DNA of 64,000 nt from Acidobacteriota bacterium (GCA_046331425.1 JAXLQU010000007.1:55437-119436), one strand, 5' to 3'; shown: positions 10,050-18,676, numbered from the stretch's first letter. Translations and numbers: made by a program. The notes: generated by a model not told the origin, from the sequence alone.

Positions 10050-10516
10050 GGGCGCACCGTGTCACTTTGCTGGGGCGGCGAGTAGTGGGCCTTGCCGGGG
10101 CGCGACACCAAGAACCAAGCTCCGATTCCCAGCAGCGTCGCCAACAACAGAACACCACCGAGCACCACGGCGACCCGCATCCGTTGTCGCCTTCTATCGT
10201 CGGTACCGTATTCGACTTGGAAGTGTTCTCGCAGGGGGTCGACGCTCGCCGTCGACTCCAGGCTCGTCTGTCCCTTTTCTTTGTTGGCGATTTCGAACAG
10301 GTAGGCGTTGAGCATCTCGGCTTCATCGACGCCGATATAGCGAGCGTAGGCGCGAATGAACCCTTTGGTGAACGCGCCGCCAGGGAGGTAAGTGAACTCG
10401 TTACGCTCGAGTGCTTCGAGATAGCGACTGTTGATCTTTGTCGCCTCAGATACCTCCCGAAGAGTGATCCGCCTCAGCTCTCGCTCGCGGCGCAAGGTTT
10501 CTCCGAAGGACGCCAT
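10046..10516 (-). CDS. RodZ-like membrane protein (XRE-type HTH + single TM)
   Basis: MASFGETLRRERELRRITLREVSEATKINSRYLEALERNEFTYLPGGAFTKGFIRAYARYIGVD is the RodZ-type N-terminal HTH, followed by TM segment MRVAVVLGGVLLLATLLGIGAWFLV. The maximal ORF extends to 10714 with a low-complexity S/G/P-rich extension. I chose the internal ATG at 10516; the start is uncertain. Confidence 0.55.
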   Translation of the reverse strand: MASFGETLRRERELRRITLREVSEATKINSRYLEALERNEFTYLPGGAFTKGFIRAYARYIGVDEAEMLNAYLFEIANKEKGQTSLESTASVDPLREHFQVEYGTDDRRRQRMRVAVVLGGVLLLATLLGIGAWFLVSRPGKAHYSPPQQSDTVRP

Positions 10517-10769
10517 CCTCGAAGAGTCTCCAGAGGTTGTCGAAGGCGACGCTGCCGCGGGCTGCGGGGGGCCGGGATGATAGGCGGGCGTGCGGGCCGA
10601 AGTCAAACCGAACGACCCCGAACCGGTCTGGGAGTTTGGCTCAGGAGTGGGGAGCGTCCCAACCCCACTGCCAGACTGATAATGGCCCTTGCGGTGCCGC
10701 TGCCGCCGACCCATCCGAACCCTCCCTCGACCGGAATATAGGAGAGAGAGGGGCGATCAGGCACGCTGC

Positions 10770-11696
10770 TTAGTGAGCGGGAAGCGGTATCGCCGGTGCT
10801 TGTGCCACACGTGTAATGGCGGCGAGCGCCGACGCGAGGTCCTTTTCGGTCGTGGCGGGGGCGACACTCGCCCTCAACCATCGAGTCTGAACCGACTCGG
10901 CCAGAGCCGAGTTTGGTGGCGGGCCCGCGACCCAAACTCCGAACGCCTCCCGTAGCACCGTAACGGCTTCCTCCGGCGCCCACTGCTCGAAGCGGAATGC
11001 AACGATTCCGGTCTCGAATAGTGGAGATGACGAGACGATCACACCCGGCAAGCCGGTCAGCGCGGCTCGCAGTCGGGCCGCGTTCAGCACCGTCCGTTTT
11101 GCCATCGATGTACGCGTCCCGAGGGGAGTTCCCAGCGAGAGTCCCCAGCAACCGACAGGTTCGTCGTGCCAGCGATCCAGTGCAGCGACGACGGCGCTGG
11201 GCGTCCATTCGACAAACGCCCGAGCCGTGGTCCAGGGGGCTAGGGTCGCATCGATCGCGGTTGCTATTCGGTACCGGCTGGAAAGCGCGGCAAGGTCGGA
11301 AAAGCTGGCGGGAGTTCCATCGGGATGAACCGCGCTCGCGAACAAAAGCATTCGACGAGATTCGGAACGTTGGCTCAAATCGGCGACGGCCATCGGGTCG
11401 AACAGGCTGCTACCGACGCTCGGCACCACCGCGAGCGCGTCGTCACCAAAATGAAGCGTCTTGCCCACCGCTTCAACGAACTCCGCGGCCTCTCCCGCTC
11501 CAACCGCAACGACGGAAGGTTCAGAGTCGAGTCCGAGGCGAGCGCGCGCCCGCGCCAGCGCATGTTCGAGCCCGGGTAGGTGCTCGGAGTGGGGGGCAGG
11601 CCATTGGCACAGGCGTGCCGCGCACGGCGCGACACGTCCGGATCGTCGCGGGTCGTTGGGGAGCACGGGTGGCTCAGTCCAGGCCAGAAAAACCAT
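10770..11696 (-). CDS. hypothetical protein with weak class-V aminotransferase (PLP-fold)-like layout; catalytic Lys not evident
   Basis: 308 aa, high GC3. The segment ...TARAFVEWTPSAVVAALDRWHDEPVGCWGLSL sits where class-V enzymes carry the SGHK PLP-lysine motif, but the Lys is absent. The functional call is inference only. The plus ORF 10997..11719 is an Arg-rich shadow. Confidence 0.4.
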   Translation of the reverse strand: MVFLAWTEPPVLPNDPRRSGRVAPCAARLCQWPAPHSEHLPGLEHALARARARLGLDSEPSVVAVGAGEAAEFVEAVGKTLHFGDDALAVVPSVGSSLFDPMAVADLSQRSESRRMLLFASAVHPDGTPASFSDLAALSSRYRIATAIDATLAPWTTARAFVEWTPSAVVAALDRWHDEPVGCWGLSLGTPLGTRTSMAKRTVLNAARLRAALTGLPGVIVSSSPLFETGIVAFRFEQWAPEEAVTVLREAFGVWVAGPPPNSALAESVQTRWLRASVAPATTEKDLASALAAITRVAQAPAIPLPAH

Positions 11697-11810
11697 CGTG
11701 GCTTCGTCCTTCCGGTTGACGGGTCCGCTGCGGTAACTTGGTGCTACGACCCGCTCGGTCGCCAGTCTTGGTTGAATCAGAGCGGTGAGCAGGAGGGGAT
11801 CATTCCCGGT

Positions 11811-12836
11811 TTGGAGCGGTCACCGCGTCGAGTCGTGGTTGCGCAACTCGCGTTCATCGGCGACATGGTTTTCTCCACCCCGTTGTTGGCCGCTCTGCGA
11901 GCCCGTTGGCCGGATTCGGAGTTGCTGATTGTCGGTCGTCCCGCTGCGCTCGAGGTGCTGGAGGACCATCCGTCGAGTCCCTCGCTGATGCCCTACGACA
12001 AGGATCGGGACAGGGGATGGTCTGCCTTGAGGGCGGCTGGTGCTGCTTTGAGTCGATGGAAGCCCGATCTGAGCTTGGCGGTCAGCCGCTCGCTTCGATC
12101 AGCCCTCTTGACTCGTTTGTCGGGCGCGCCGACGAGGGTTGGCTTCAACAGCCGAGGTTGCAACTGGGCGTATACACACACGGTCGACCGTAACGATGCG
12201 ACCACGCCATTTCCAGAGCGCCCGATGCGATTGCTTCAAGCACTTGGGATCGAGGCACGGACCGAACCGCTGCTGCTCGCGGTAAGCGCGGCGCGTCGCG
12301 CGGCCAGTGCCCATCGCTTGCGCGCCGCCGGTTGGGGACCAGGACCGCTGCTTGCGATCGCGCCTGGCGCGCACTACGCCACCAAACGTTGGCCCGAGAG
12401 CCACTACGCAAAGCTGCTCCAGATGATCGAGCGCAAGACCGATTGGTGGGTAGCGCTGTATGGCGGACCGGCAGAAGAACCGCTGATGCAGCGATTGGCA
12501 GAGGCTCGCACTCGGGTCCTGCTCCGAAGTGGAATCGGAATCCGCGGCGTGTTGTCTGAATTGCCACACGCGAACGGATTCCTCGGAGGCGACTCTGGTC
12601 CCGCGCACATGGCGCGCGCGCTCGGTGTACCTGCGCTGATTCTCCACGGGCCGACCGACCCACGTCCGCTCTCCGACGGTCGCGACTATCCGTCGCTGTC
12701 TTTGGGTATCGACTGTCAGCCGTGCAGTCCTCACGGTGACAAAGTCTGTCCATTGAAACACCACCGCTGCATGATCGACCTCACGGCTGAGCACGTCTTC
12801 GATGCCCTCACGGCGCGCGTCTTGGTGGCGTCATGA
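11811..12836 (+). CDS. glycosyltransferase family 9 (ADP-heptose:LPS heptosyltransferase-like)
   Basis: RVVVAQLAFIGDMVFSTPLL near the N-term, then GAHYATKRWP and LGGDSGPAHMARALGVPALILHGPTDP, all GT9 signatures. Perfect AGGAGG at 11791-11796. The start is ambiguous (TTG 11811 or GTG 11835); the maximal ORF (11580) overlaps the divergent upstream gene and is rejected. Confidence 0.8.
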   Translation: MERSPRRVVVAQLAFIGDMVFSTPLLAALRARWPDSELLIVGRPAALEVLEDHPSSPSLMPYDKDRDRGWSALRAAGAALSRWKPDLSLAVSRSLRSALLTRLSGAPTRVGFNSRGCNWAYTHTVDRNDATTPFPERPMRLLQALGIEARTEPLLLAVSAARRAASAHRLRAAGWGPGPLLAIAPGAHYATKRWPESHYAKLLQMIERKTDWWVALYGGPAEEPLMQRLAEARTRVLLRSGIGIRGVLSELPHANGFLGGDSGPAHMARALGVPALILHGPTDPRPLSDGRDYPSLSLGIDCQPCSPHGDKVCPLKHHRCMIDLTAEHVFDALTARVLVAS

Positions 12837-13963
12837 AGGGCGCCCGCGACCTGTCGATCCTGCATGTCGATACGGGACGCGAATACCGCGGCGGCCAGCG
12901 TCAGGTGGAACTGTTGGTACGTGGGTTGGCGCAGCGCGGTCATCGGATCGGAGTAGTTGTTCCCCCGAGCGCTCCGCTGGCCGAACGACTGTTCGGCGTG
13001 CCAGGGATTCAACTGCACATCGCGCCTTTCTCCGGGGAGTTTTCGTGGCGCTCGGCGCAACGGCTACGTCGCTATCTCGAAGAGGGTGACTACCGCCTGC
13101 TGCACACGCATACAGCACACGCGATCACTCCAGCCCACCTCGCACGTCGTTGTGGGTCGGTAGCTCTGATCGCGCATCGGCGAGTCGACTTTCCACTGCG
13201 CCGAAATCCGCTGGCGCGATGGAAGTCGCGCTGGCCCGACGCTTGGATCGCGGTCAGCGAGGGAGTTCGGCGGCAACTGGTTCGTGACGGCCTGCGCGCC
13301 GAGCGGATCGCGGTGGTCGAGAGTGCGATCGATCCAGCGCGCCTCGAACCACAGCGCAGTCGTGACGCGCTACGCAGAGAGTTCTCGGTCGCCGAGTCGG
13401 CGAAGGTAATCGTGAGCGTCGGGGAGTTGGCGGCTCACAAAGGGCACACCGATCTGATCGCAGCTGTCGAGCGTTGCGACGACACGATCCTCTGGATCGT
13501 CGGCGAGGGCGGCGAGAGGCGGGCACTGCAATCGCAGATCGAGCGTCTCGATCTAGGTGCTCGGGTTCGGCTGCTTGGCAATCGCAACGACGTCGCCGAC
13601 CTGCTCGCTGCGTCGGATCTGTTTGTCTTCCCATCCAGATCGGGAGAGGGCTCTCCGGCGGCTGTGAAGGAAGCGATGGCACTAGGGGTGCCAATCGTTG
13701 CCAGTGATATTACAGCGCATCGAGACCTCGGAATCGCAGTCCCGAGTCTGTTCTCGCCAGGCGACGCTGGTGGCTTGAGGGCCCTGATTGCAGCAACGCT
13801 GGAGAACCTGCCGCATGCTCGCGAGTTGGCGCAGACGAGACAAGAAGAACTTGTGCGATTCCTTCCGGAGCGGATGGTCGCGCGTACGGAACGGATCTAC
13901 ATCGCCGTGTTGAATGGGAGCAGCGTCGAAACCGCAGAGTCGCTAGAATCCACGCCGGCCTGA
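12833..13963 (+). CDS. glycosyltransferase family 4 (GT-B)
   Basis: ATG overlaps the GT9 stop (ATGA). LSILHVDTGREYRGGQRQVELLVRGLAQRGHRIGVVVP N-term and C-terminal E...E motif region (ASDLFVFPSRSGEGSPAAVKEAMALGVPIVASD) typical of GT4. Confidence 0.85.
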   Translation: MKGARDLSILHVDTGREYRGGQRQVELLVRGLAQRGHRIGVVVPPSAPLAERLFGVPGIQLHIAPFSGEFSWRSAQRLRRYLEEGDYRLLHTHTAHAITPAHLARRCGSVALIAHRRVDFPLRRNPLARWKSRWPDAWIAVSEGVRRQLVRDGLRAERIAVVESAIDPARLEPQRSRDALRREFSVAESAKVIVSVGELAAHKGHTDLIAAVERCDDTILWIVGEGGERRALQSQIERLDLGARVRLLGNRNDVADLLAASDLFVFPSRSGEGSPAAVKEAMALGVPIVASDITAHRDLGIAVPSLFSPGDAGGLRALIAATLENLPHARELAQTRQEELVRFLPERMVARTERIYIAVLNGSSVETAESLESTPA

Positions 13964-13984
13964 GGTCAAGGAGGTTCGAGCGAT

Positions 13985-14476
13985 ATGGCGTGGACAGCGC
14001 GACAGATTTGGAAGGGAATGAACCGAGATCAAAGGCTTCGTGCGGCCGAGGCGTTGTTTGCGGATCAACGCTTGGACAAAGTGCAGCGGCTGCAGGCGCT
14101 CGCTCCATGGATGGTGGCCCAGGGCCTACGGCCGCAGTTCCTCGATTCGCTGCCGAAAGCGCGCCGGGCCTCGCTCCTGGCGGGATCGGGCCTTCCCGAA
14201 GAGACCGCCGCGCAGGTGCTGCTTTCCTTTCATCTCGTAGCGCAGCGTCCGCTATTGAGTCGTTTCCTCGACTTGCTCGGCGTGAAACACCAAGAAGGGC
14301 TGGTGGAAGACGATCAAGAAATGAAGCCGGATGCAGCGAAACTGCCTGAGGCGGCAGCGGTTATGCGCCGCGAGTTTCCCGGTGATGACGTCGATCTGTA
14401 CTTCCGCACGCTGGTGGCGGCCGACCCGGAAGGTTGGGAGCCGTTGATCCGCGAAGTGACAGCGCCCACGGCGTAG
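13985..14476 (+). CDS. hypothetical protein
   Basis: 163 aa, ATG preceded by AAGGAGG at 13967-13973. No recognisable domain. Confidence 0.55.
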   Translation: MAWTARQIWKGMNRDQRLRAAEALFADQRLDKVQRLQALAPWMVAQGLRPQFLDSLPKARRASLLAGSGLPEETAAQVLLSFHLVAQRPLLSRFLDLLGVKHQEGLVEDDQEMKPDAAKLPEAAAVMRREFPGDDVDLYFRTLVAADPEGWEPLIREVTAPTA

Positions 14477-14571
14477 GGGTTGCAGTCAGAGGTCCGGTCG
14501 ACGTAGCGTGTCGCCACCGCGATATCGCGTGGGAGTCCCGTGTCGGGCATGCCGGTTCGCGAGGAGGTCTT

Positions 14572-14676
14572 GTGACCGATTTCATCTTCGTGGTGGTCGG
14601 AGCGCTAGCAACGTTGTTGCTGCTCGCAATCGGGCTTTCCGTGTTCGGACTGGTCCGTCTAGCAAAGCTCTGCTGA
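14572..14676 (+). CDS. small hydrophobic membrane peptide (34 aa)
   Basis: GTG at 14572 lies 4 nt after GAGGAGG (14561-14567). Product (M)TDFIFVVVGALATLLLLAIGLSVFGLVRLAKLC is a single predicted TM helix. It lies inside a longer Met-less reading frame (14434..14676). Confidence 0.35.
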   Translation: MTDFIFVVVGALATLLLLAIGLSVFGLVRLAKLC

Positions 14677-14765
14677 TCACACCCGCACGCGCGATTCGCT
14701 CCCGCACTCGACTCTTGCTCGGGAGTTGCGCTCTCGTTCCCGCTCGCTCAGGACGGACTTGCTGA

Positions 14766-15824
14766 GTGACTGAATCCGAACGGAGTCGTTACGCCTCTTT
14801 CGTGCCGCGAAGCTCTCGAGCTCGCGAGGCGCTCTGGCTCTGCAACTACTGCGGCTCCGATCGCCAGAGCCCTGAGGAATTGGGTCTGCAGCCGGATGTG
14901 GTGACGGAGTTGGCGCGTGCTCATCGGCTCTCCGCGGTTGCGGGCTTCAAGCTGCACGCGGCCCAGGCGGTCTCGACCGAATGGCAGCGCACCATGGTGC
15001 GCGACTGGCGCCAAGCGCTCGGTGACGAAACGTTGTTCGGCAGTGAACTCGAGCGAATCGATGCAGCGATGTCACGAGCGGGAATTCGTTTCGTCCTGTT
15101 GAAGGGCGCCGACTTGGCGCGACGCGGGATCTACCACCCTGGCCAGCGCACGCACAATGATCTTGATCTGCTGATCGAACCAAGGGATCGCGATGTCGTG
15201 CATCGGCTCTTGAAGGAACTGGGATTTCACTCCGATCATCCGGCGCCTGACGCCGCCGCGCGGCATTGGTTCGCCAGCACCTACCGCCACAGTACGCAGG
15301 CGCGAGTGCAGTTGGATCTGCATTGGGATCTTGGCGCTCCGGGACGCGGCGAGTGGAATATCACGCGCGTCATGGAAACGTCGGAACCGTTGGGGGAGTG
15401 GCGCGCCGCACGGCGGCTGTGTCGAGCCGATCTGTGGGCGCACCTAGCCCTCCACGCCGTTGCCTACCATGGCGCGGCCGGGCGATGGATCTGGTGGCTG
15501 GACATCCATCGATTGCATCAGCAGTCACCGGTGACCGCGGGAGAGTGGGAGATGGTGCGCGCGCGTGGCGCCGAGATAGCACTACAGGCAGCGCTGTTGC
15601 GTGCTGCGGGGCTATTCGACCCGCGCAGGTTCGCCGATCTCGAGACCCGCTGGCGGGCTCGAGCCGTGGCACGTTGGGGCGCTCGATTCGAACGTGGTGG
15701 AGATTCGCGGTTGAAGCGCTGGTTGATCGGGGCCCTGAGCTTGGATCGGCCGAGCGACCTCGGCCTCGCCGCGATGAGCGTGGCGCGGCGACTCTCCGAT
15801 TCAGTGCGAGCCAAGAAAACCTAA
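14766..15824 (+). CDS. nucleotidyltransferase-family protein (PF14907-like 'uncharacterised nucleotidyltransferase')
   Basis: IRFVLLKGADLARRGIYHPGQRTHNDLDLLIEPRDRDVVHRLLKELGF matches the KGxxL...R.x.DiDLLv core of this family. GTG start. The 3' end overlaps the convergent rSAM gene by 4 nt. Confidence 0.8.
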   Translation: MTESERSRYASFVPRSSRAREALWLCNYCGSDRQSPEELGLQPDVVTELARAHRLSAVAGFKLHAAQAVSTEWQRTMVRDWRQALGDETLFGSELERIDAAMSRAGIRFVLLKGADLARRGIYHPGQRTHNDLDLLIEPRDRDVVHRLLKELGFHSDHPAPDAAARHWFASTYRHSTQARVQLDLHWDLGAPGRGEWNITRVMETSEPLGEWRAARRLCRADLWAHLALHAVAYHGAAGRWIWWLDIHRLHQQSPVTAGEWEMVRARGAEIALQAALLRAAGLFDPRRFADLETRWRARAVARWGARFERGGDSRLKRWLIGALSLDRPSDLGLAAMSVARRLSDSVRAKKT

Positions 15825-16909
15825 CCGAGATCGCAAACGACCTGTCGTTCTCCGAACTTGGTCTTGAGCATTTCCTCGATGGTCTGCCCGCCCTTGGCGT
15901 GCGCTTCCTGGCGCACTTCGGCTTGCGTGCAGGCCCAGGAGTTGGGGCCGAAGAAGTCGCCGTCCTCGAACAGCGAATCCAGACTGCATCGACCACAGAA
16001 TGAATTGTTGTGGCAACCCGAGCAGGTCGGAAGGTCCTGCGAAGTGATGTTCCGCAGGCGCAGCAGCAAGGGGGAACTCTCCCAGATCTCGCGGAACGAC
16101 TGTTCTCTCAGCGAGCCGGCAGGTGGAAATCGCTGTGAGCACGGGTAGACCAGGCCGCGCGCTGAGATCAACGCGACGCGACGCGCCGTTGCGCAAATGG
16201 CCTGATCATCGTTCGGTGTGGTGCCCGATCCGGGCTGCACCGCAAGGCCGAGATGCGGATCGACGCAAATCCCGAGCAGGTCGGCGCGATTCATGCGGTG
16301 GGCGAGTGGGGAATCGTCGAGGTCATAACGAACCACGAGAGTAGGGTCGAAGCGATACTCCGCGCCGATTTCGCGCGCGAAAGAAATGACCTGCTGATAC
16401 TCCCGAGTCAGGCCAGCCATGATCGGCGCCTTGACCACGGTCGGGACCCCGCGTTCTCGCAGCATCCGGGCGGCACGCAGCGTCCGGGCGTGACTCCCCG
16501 GAATTCGCGTGATCTCGTCGTGCTTGGCGGCGTCCATCGAGTAGAGTGACAACTCGACGGCGACCACACCAATGCTGGCGATCTGATCAGCGACTGACTC
16601 TGTGATCAACGTGCCATTGGAAAAAATCCGCAACGCAAAACCGAGGTTGCGTGCGTAGCGCACCAATGGAAGCGCGTCTTTGCGGGTGAAGATCTCTCCC
16701 CCCGTAAACGTCAGGAACAAAGTCCCCATGGCATGGAGCTCATCGAGAATGCGTTCGGCTTCTGTTTGCGTCAGCTCGTCGTGAACGTCTCCCAGATCGA
16801 CGTAGCAGTGCTTACAGTCCTCGTTGCACCGATTGGTCAACTCGAACAGCACCGAGATCGGAATCTGCTGGCGCAACGCTTCGGTCAGAACCTTGGTCAT
16901 TCCGATCAT
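15821..16909 (-). CDS. radical SAM/SPASM-domain peptide-modifying enzyme (PqqE-like), no fused RRE domain
   Basis: LFELTNRCNEDCKHCYVD carries the CxxxCxxC radical SAM cluster motif near the N-term, and TFTGGEIF is the SAM-binding GGE motif. The C-terminal SPASM domain has 7 Cys including CSGCHNNSFCGRC. The maximal ORF starts with TTG at 16954; I chose ATG 16909 (MIGMTKV...), which has GGAG 9-12 nt upstream. Confidence 0.85.
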   Translation of the reverse strand: MIGMTKVLTEALRQQIPISVLFELTNRCNEDCKHCYVDLGDVHDELTQTEAERILDELHAMGTLFLTFTGGEIFTRKDALPLVRYARNLGFALRIFSNGTLITESVADQIASIGVVAVELSLYSMDAAKHDEITRIPGSHARTLRAARMLRERGVPTVVKAPIMAGLTREYQQVISFAREIGAEYRFDPTLVVRYDLDDSPLAHRMNRADLLGICVDPHLGLAVQPGSGTTPNDDQAICATARRVALISARGLVYPCSQRFPPAGSLREQSFREIWESSPLLLRLRNITSQDLPTCSGCHNNSFCGRCSLDSLFEDGDFFGPNSWACTQAEVRQEAHAKGGQTIEEMLKTKFGERQVVCDLG

Positions 16910-17196
16910 GAGCTGATCTCCGTCACACGCTTCACGAGCGCTTGAGGACTCCAAGCGGTTGCGGCTTCGGTCCGGGTGTGGCCCTCAGCGACGCTAGTTT
17001 CTTGGGCTTGGGGCGGAAGAACGCGAATTCAGGCAAGCGATCGATGGCGCCCCAAAAACTCTGATCCGGCGTGAACTCGAGTCGGTACGGGTGACTCTGC
17101 GGAAGCACCTCACCGCGCTAAGGGTAATGCGGACTGAAATCGGCGGGAGCGGTGCTCCGCCGGCCTTCAAAGAGTGCGGCAGCGCATCGGCTGGTT

Positions 17197-17644
17197 TCAA
17201 TCAGTGACTCGATGCTGGGGTGCAAGGCCAAGAAGAAGAGTGCGCTTCCAAGGGGCCGAGGGAATTTTTACGTGCCAGAAGGGGTTCCGTGGACGCGAGT
17301 TCCGGATCCCACATCTGCGGACCACTACCATTTCATCCGCGAGCACAATCTGACCAGCATCTCGAGCAGCGATCGTGCTCTTGCCTGCGCCCGATCGACC
17401 CCGAGAAGACCACGCCGAAGTGGTCGCGCTTTACCACAGCCGCCGAGTGCAGCAGAGTGCTTCCTTCACGAAGCAGCACACCGCCCAGGGCGATCCGAAC
17501 GAACTGGGTCCAGATGCGCGAGGAATCGAGAATCGCCGACCCGTCCGAGCTCGAACTCCGCCCAGACCCTCGAAGCCGTCGCCCTCGATTCTTGCAGCGG
17601 ACAGGCTGCCGCTCGCCGCCGGCGGCGATGTAGGATGCAGCCGC
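17197..17644 (-). pseudogene. HprK-like P-loop kinase remnant (frameshifted, internal stops, lower GC)
   Basis: One frame gives ...RIALGGVLLREGSTLLHSAAVVKRDHFGVVFSG. A +1 shift at a C4 run (17399-17402) continues with GRSGAGKSTIAARDAGQIVLADEMVVV. Joined, this is the HprK C-domain signature (hydrophobic strand, G.SG.GKST, about 10 aa, L.ADD/E). Only about 100 codons are recognisable. Flanking sequence is AT-richer with stops in all frames. Confidence 0.45.
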
Positions 17645-17854
17645 TCAGGCCGACGGGTCGGGTCGACCTTGAGTGTCCAGCTGAACTCGGGGCGCCCACT
17701 TTCCTTCAAGAACCCCGCGTACGTTCGCGCAGCCGGGTCGAGAACTCGGCTCCTGTCACGGAAATGTCGAAGGCCTGCGATTTGGAGAATCGCGGGGTCA
17801 GCAAGCGGGAGAATGAACTGGGCCGCGCTGTTGCAGCTCGATTCGGAGACGAAA

Positions 17855-18001
17855 TCAATCGCGAGCACCGGCGCCGCAGTTGAATGGCTGACTGGTGCAA
17901 GAGGCCGAGAAGACCACCGGCTCGTAGTCCTCTTCCCATTCGATGGCAGGAACCTGCCATGTCTTCTTGTTGGTCGAACTGGATACGGTCGTCGAATTCA
18001 T
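17855..18001 (-). CDS. candidate RiPP precursor peptide, 48 aa (not in ORF track)
   Basis: ATG at 18001 lies 27 nt downstream of the stop of 18029..18676, with GGGGG 6-10 nt upstream. Product MNSTTVSSSTNKKTWQVPAIEWEEDYEPVVFSASCTSQPFNCGAGARD then TGA. It lies between the PqqD-like gene and the rSAM gene on the same strand. Whether it is really coding is unproven. Confidence 0.4.
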   Translation of the reverse strand: MNSTTVSSSTNKKTWQVPAIEWEEDYEPVVFSASCTSQPFNCGAGARD

Positions 18002-18028
18002 GCAGACCCCCGCAAGGTTGTGGGCCGG

Positions 18029-18676
18029 TCAACGGCCGCCTTCGATTCTAAAGGAAGTCGCGCTGGAAGAGAGCACCTTTCCAGCTTTCACCGCCGAGAT
18101 TTCCACCTGCCAAGTCCCGTAGAGCCCGTGACCGGTAACCCATGTTCCGCTCACCGGGAGCGGTACAGCCACGAACGCCGCGTTCTTCATCTGTCGCGGG
18201 GTCAATGATCCGGCTGGAAGTGCCCGCGCCAAACGTTTCGCGCGCAGGATGGGAAGGGTTTCGACTGGATGTGGGGCCAGGTCATCACGCAACACCGCGG
18301 TCTGTGTTCCTGCCGGATCGACTGGGTCGATCCGGGTCTCGTAGATGTTGCCATCCGGCAACACGAACTTGGCGACTTGATCGAACCCAGCGTCCCCGAC
18401 TCGGGTGCGGTCGTAGACTGCGATGATGTAGAGCTGAAGCGTCTGTGGTCCATCGAATGGACCTGTATTCAGCCGATTCGGCGCGGTTCGTGACTGCAAC
18501 AGCGATTGAGGGTCGACGTCGGTCACGAACACCCCTACAACAGCGTTGCCCGCAATCGGCTCCGGTTTTGGTTTGGCGATGATCGCAGCATGAGCGGTGA
18601 CGCCGGGGAGTCCCAACGTGATCGCGAGGGCGGCGAGCAGCTTTCGATCGATGCGCATCATAGTCGTCATCCTCAT
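18029..18676 (-). CDS. secreted hypothetical protein
   Basis: 215 aa. Signal peptide MMRIDRKLLAALAITLGLPGVTAHAA. The true start is probably the second or third ATG (18664/18661), which has GAGG upstream. No motif recognised. Confidence 0.65.
   Translation of the reverse strand: MRMTTMMRIDRKLLAALAITLGLPGVTAHAAIIAKPKPEPIAGNAVVGVFVTDVDPQSLLQSRTAPNRLNTGPFDGPQTLQLYIIAVYDRTRVGDAGFDQVAKFVLPDGNIYETRIDPVDPAGTQTAVLRDDLAPHPVETLPILRAKRLARALPAGSLTPRQMKNAAFVAVPLPVSGTWVTGHGLYGTWQVEISAVKAGKVLSSSATSFRIEGGR

Noticed and set aside
10997-11719. Plus ORF 10997..11719 (240 aa)
   Set aside because: Arg-rich antisense shadow of the better-supported minus gene 10770..11696.
17999-18001. Possibility that the 48-aa peptide is a PqqA-like PQQ precursor (it contains E...Y in EWEEDYEP) or a quinohemoprotein amine dehydrogenase gamma subunit
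   Set aside because: PqqA has a strict E-x3-Y spacing and PQQ operons carry pqqB/pqqC; neither is present. The QHNDH gamma subunit is about 100 aa with four Cys plus Trp (the CTQ cofactor), and needs the dihaem alpha-subunit gene. Neither is present.
17855-18001. Lasso-peptide interpretation of the 48-aa ORF
   Set aside because: No Thr at leader position -2 and no Asp/Glu at core positions 7-9. No lasso cyclase or B2 protease in the window.
17152-18208. Plus-strand ORFs 17152..17883 (243 aa) and 17375..18208 (277 aa), and minus ORF 17431..17868 (145 aa)
   Set aside because: Extremely Arg/Ser/Pro-rich with poor GC3 pattern. They overlap the kinase remnant and the 48-aa ORF. I treat them as non-coding frames of a decayed region.
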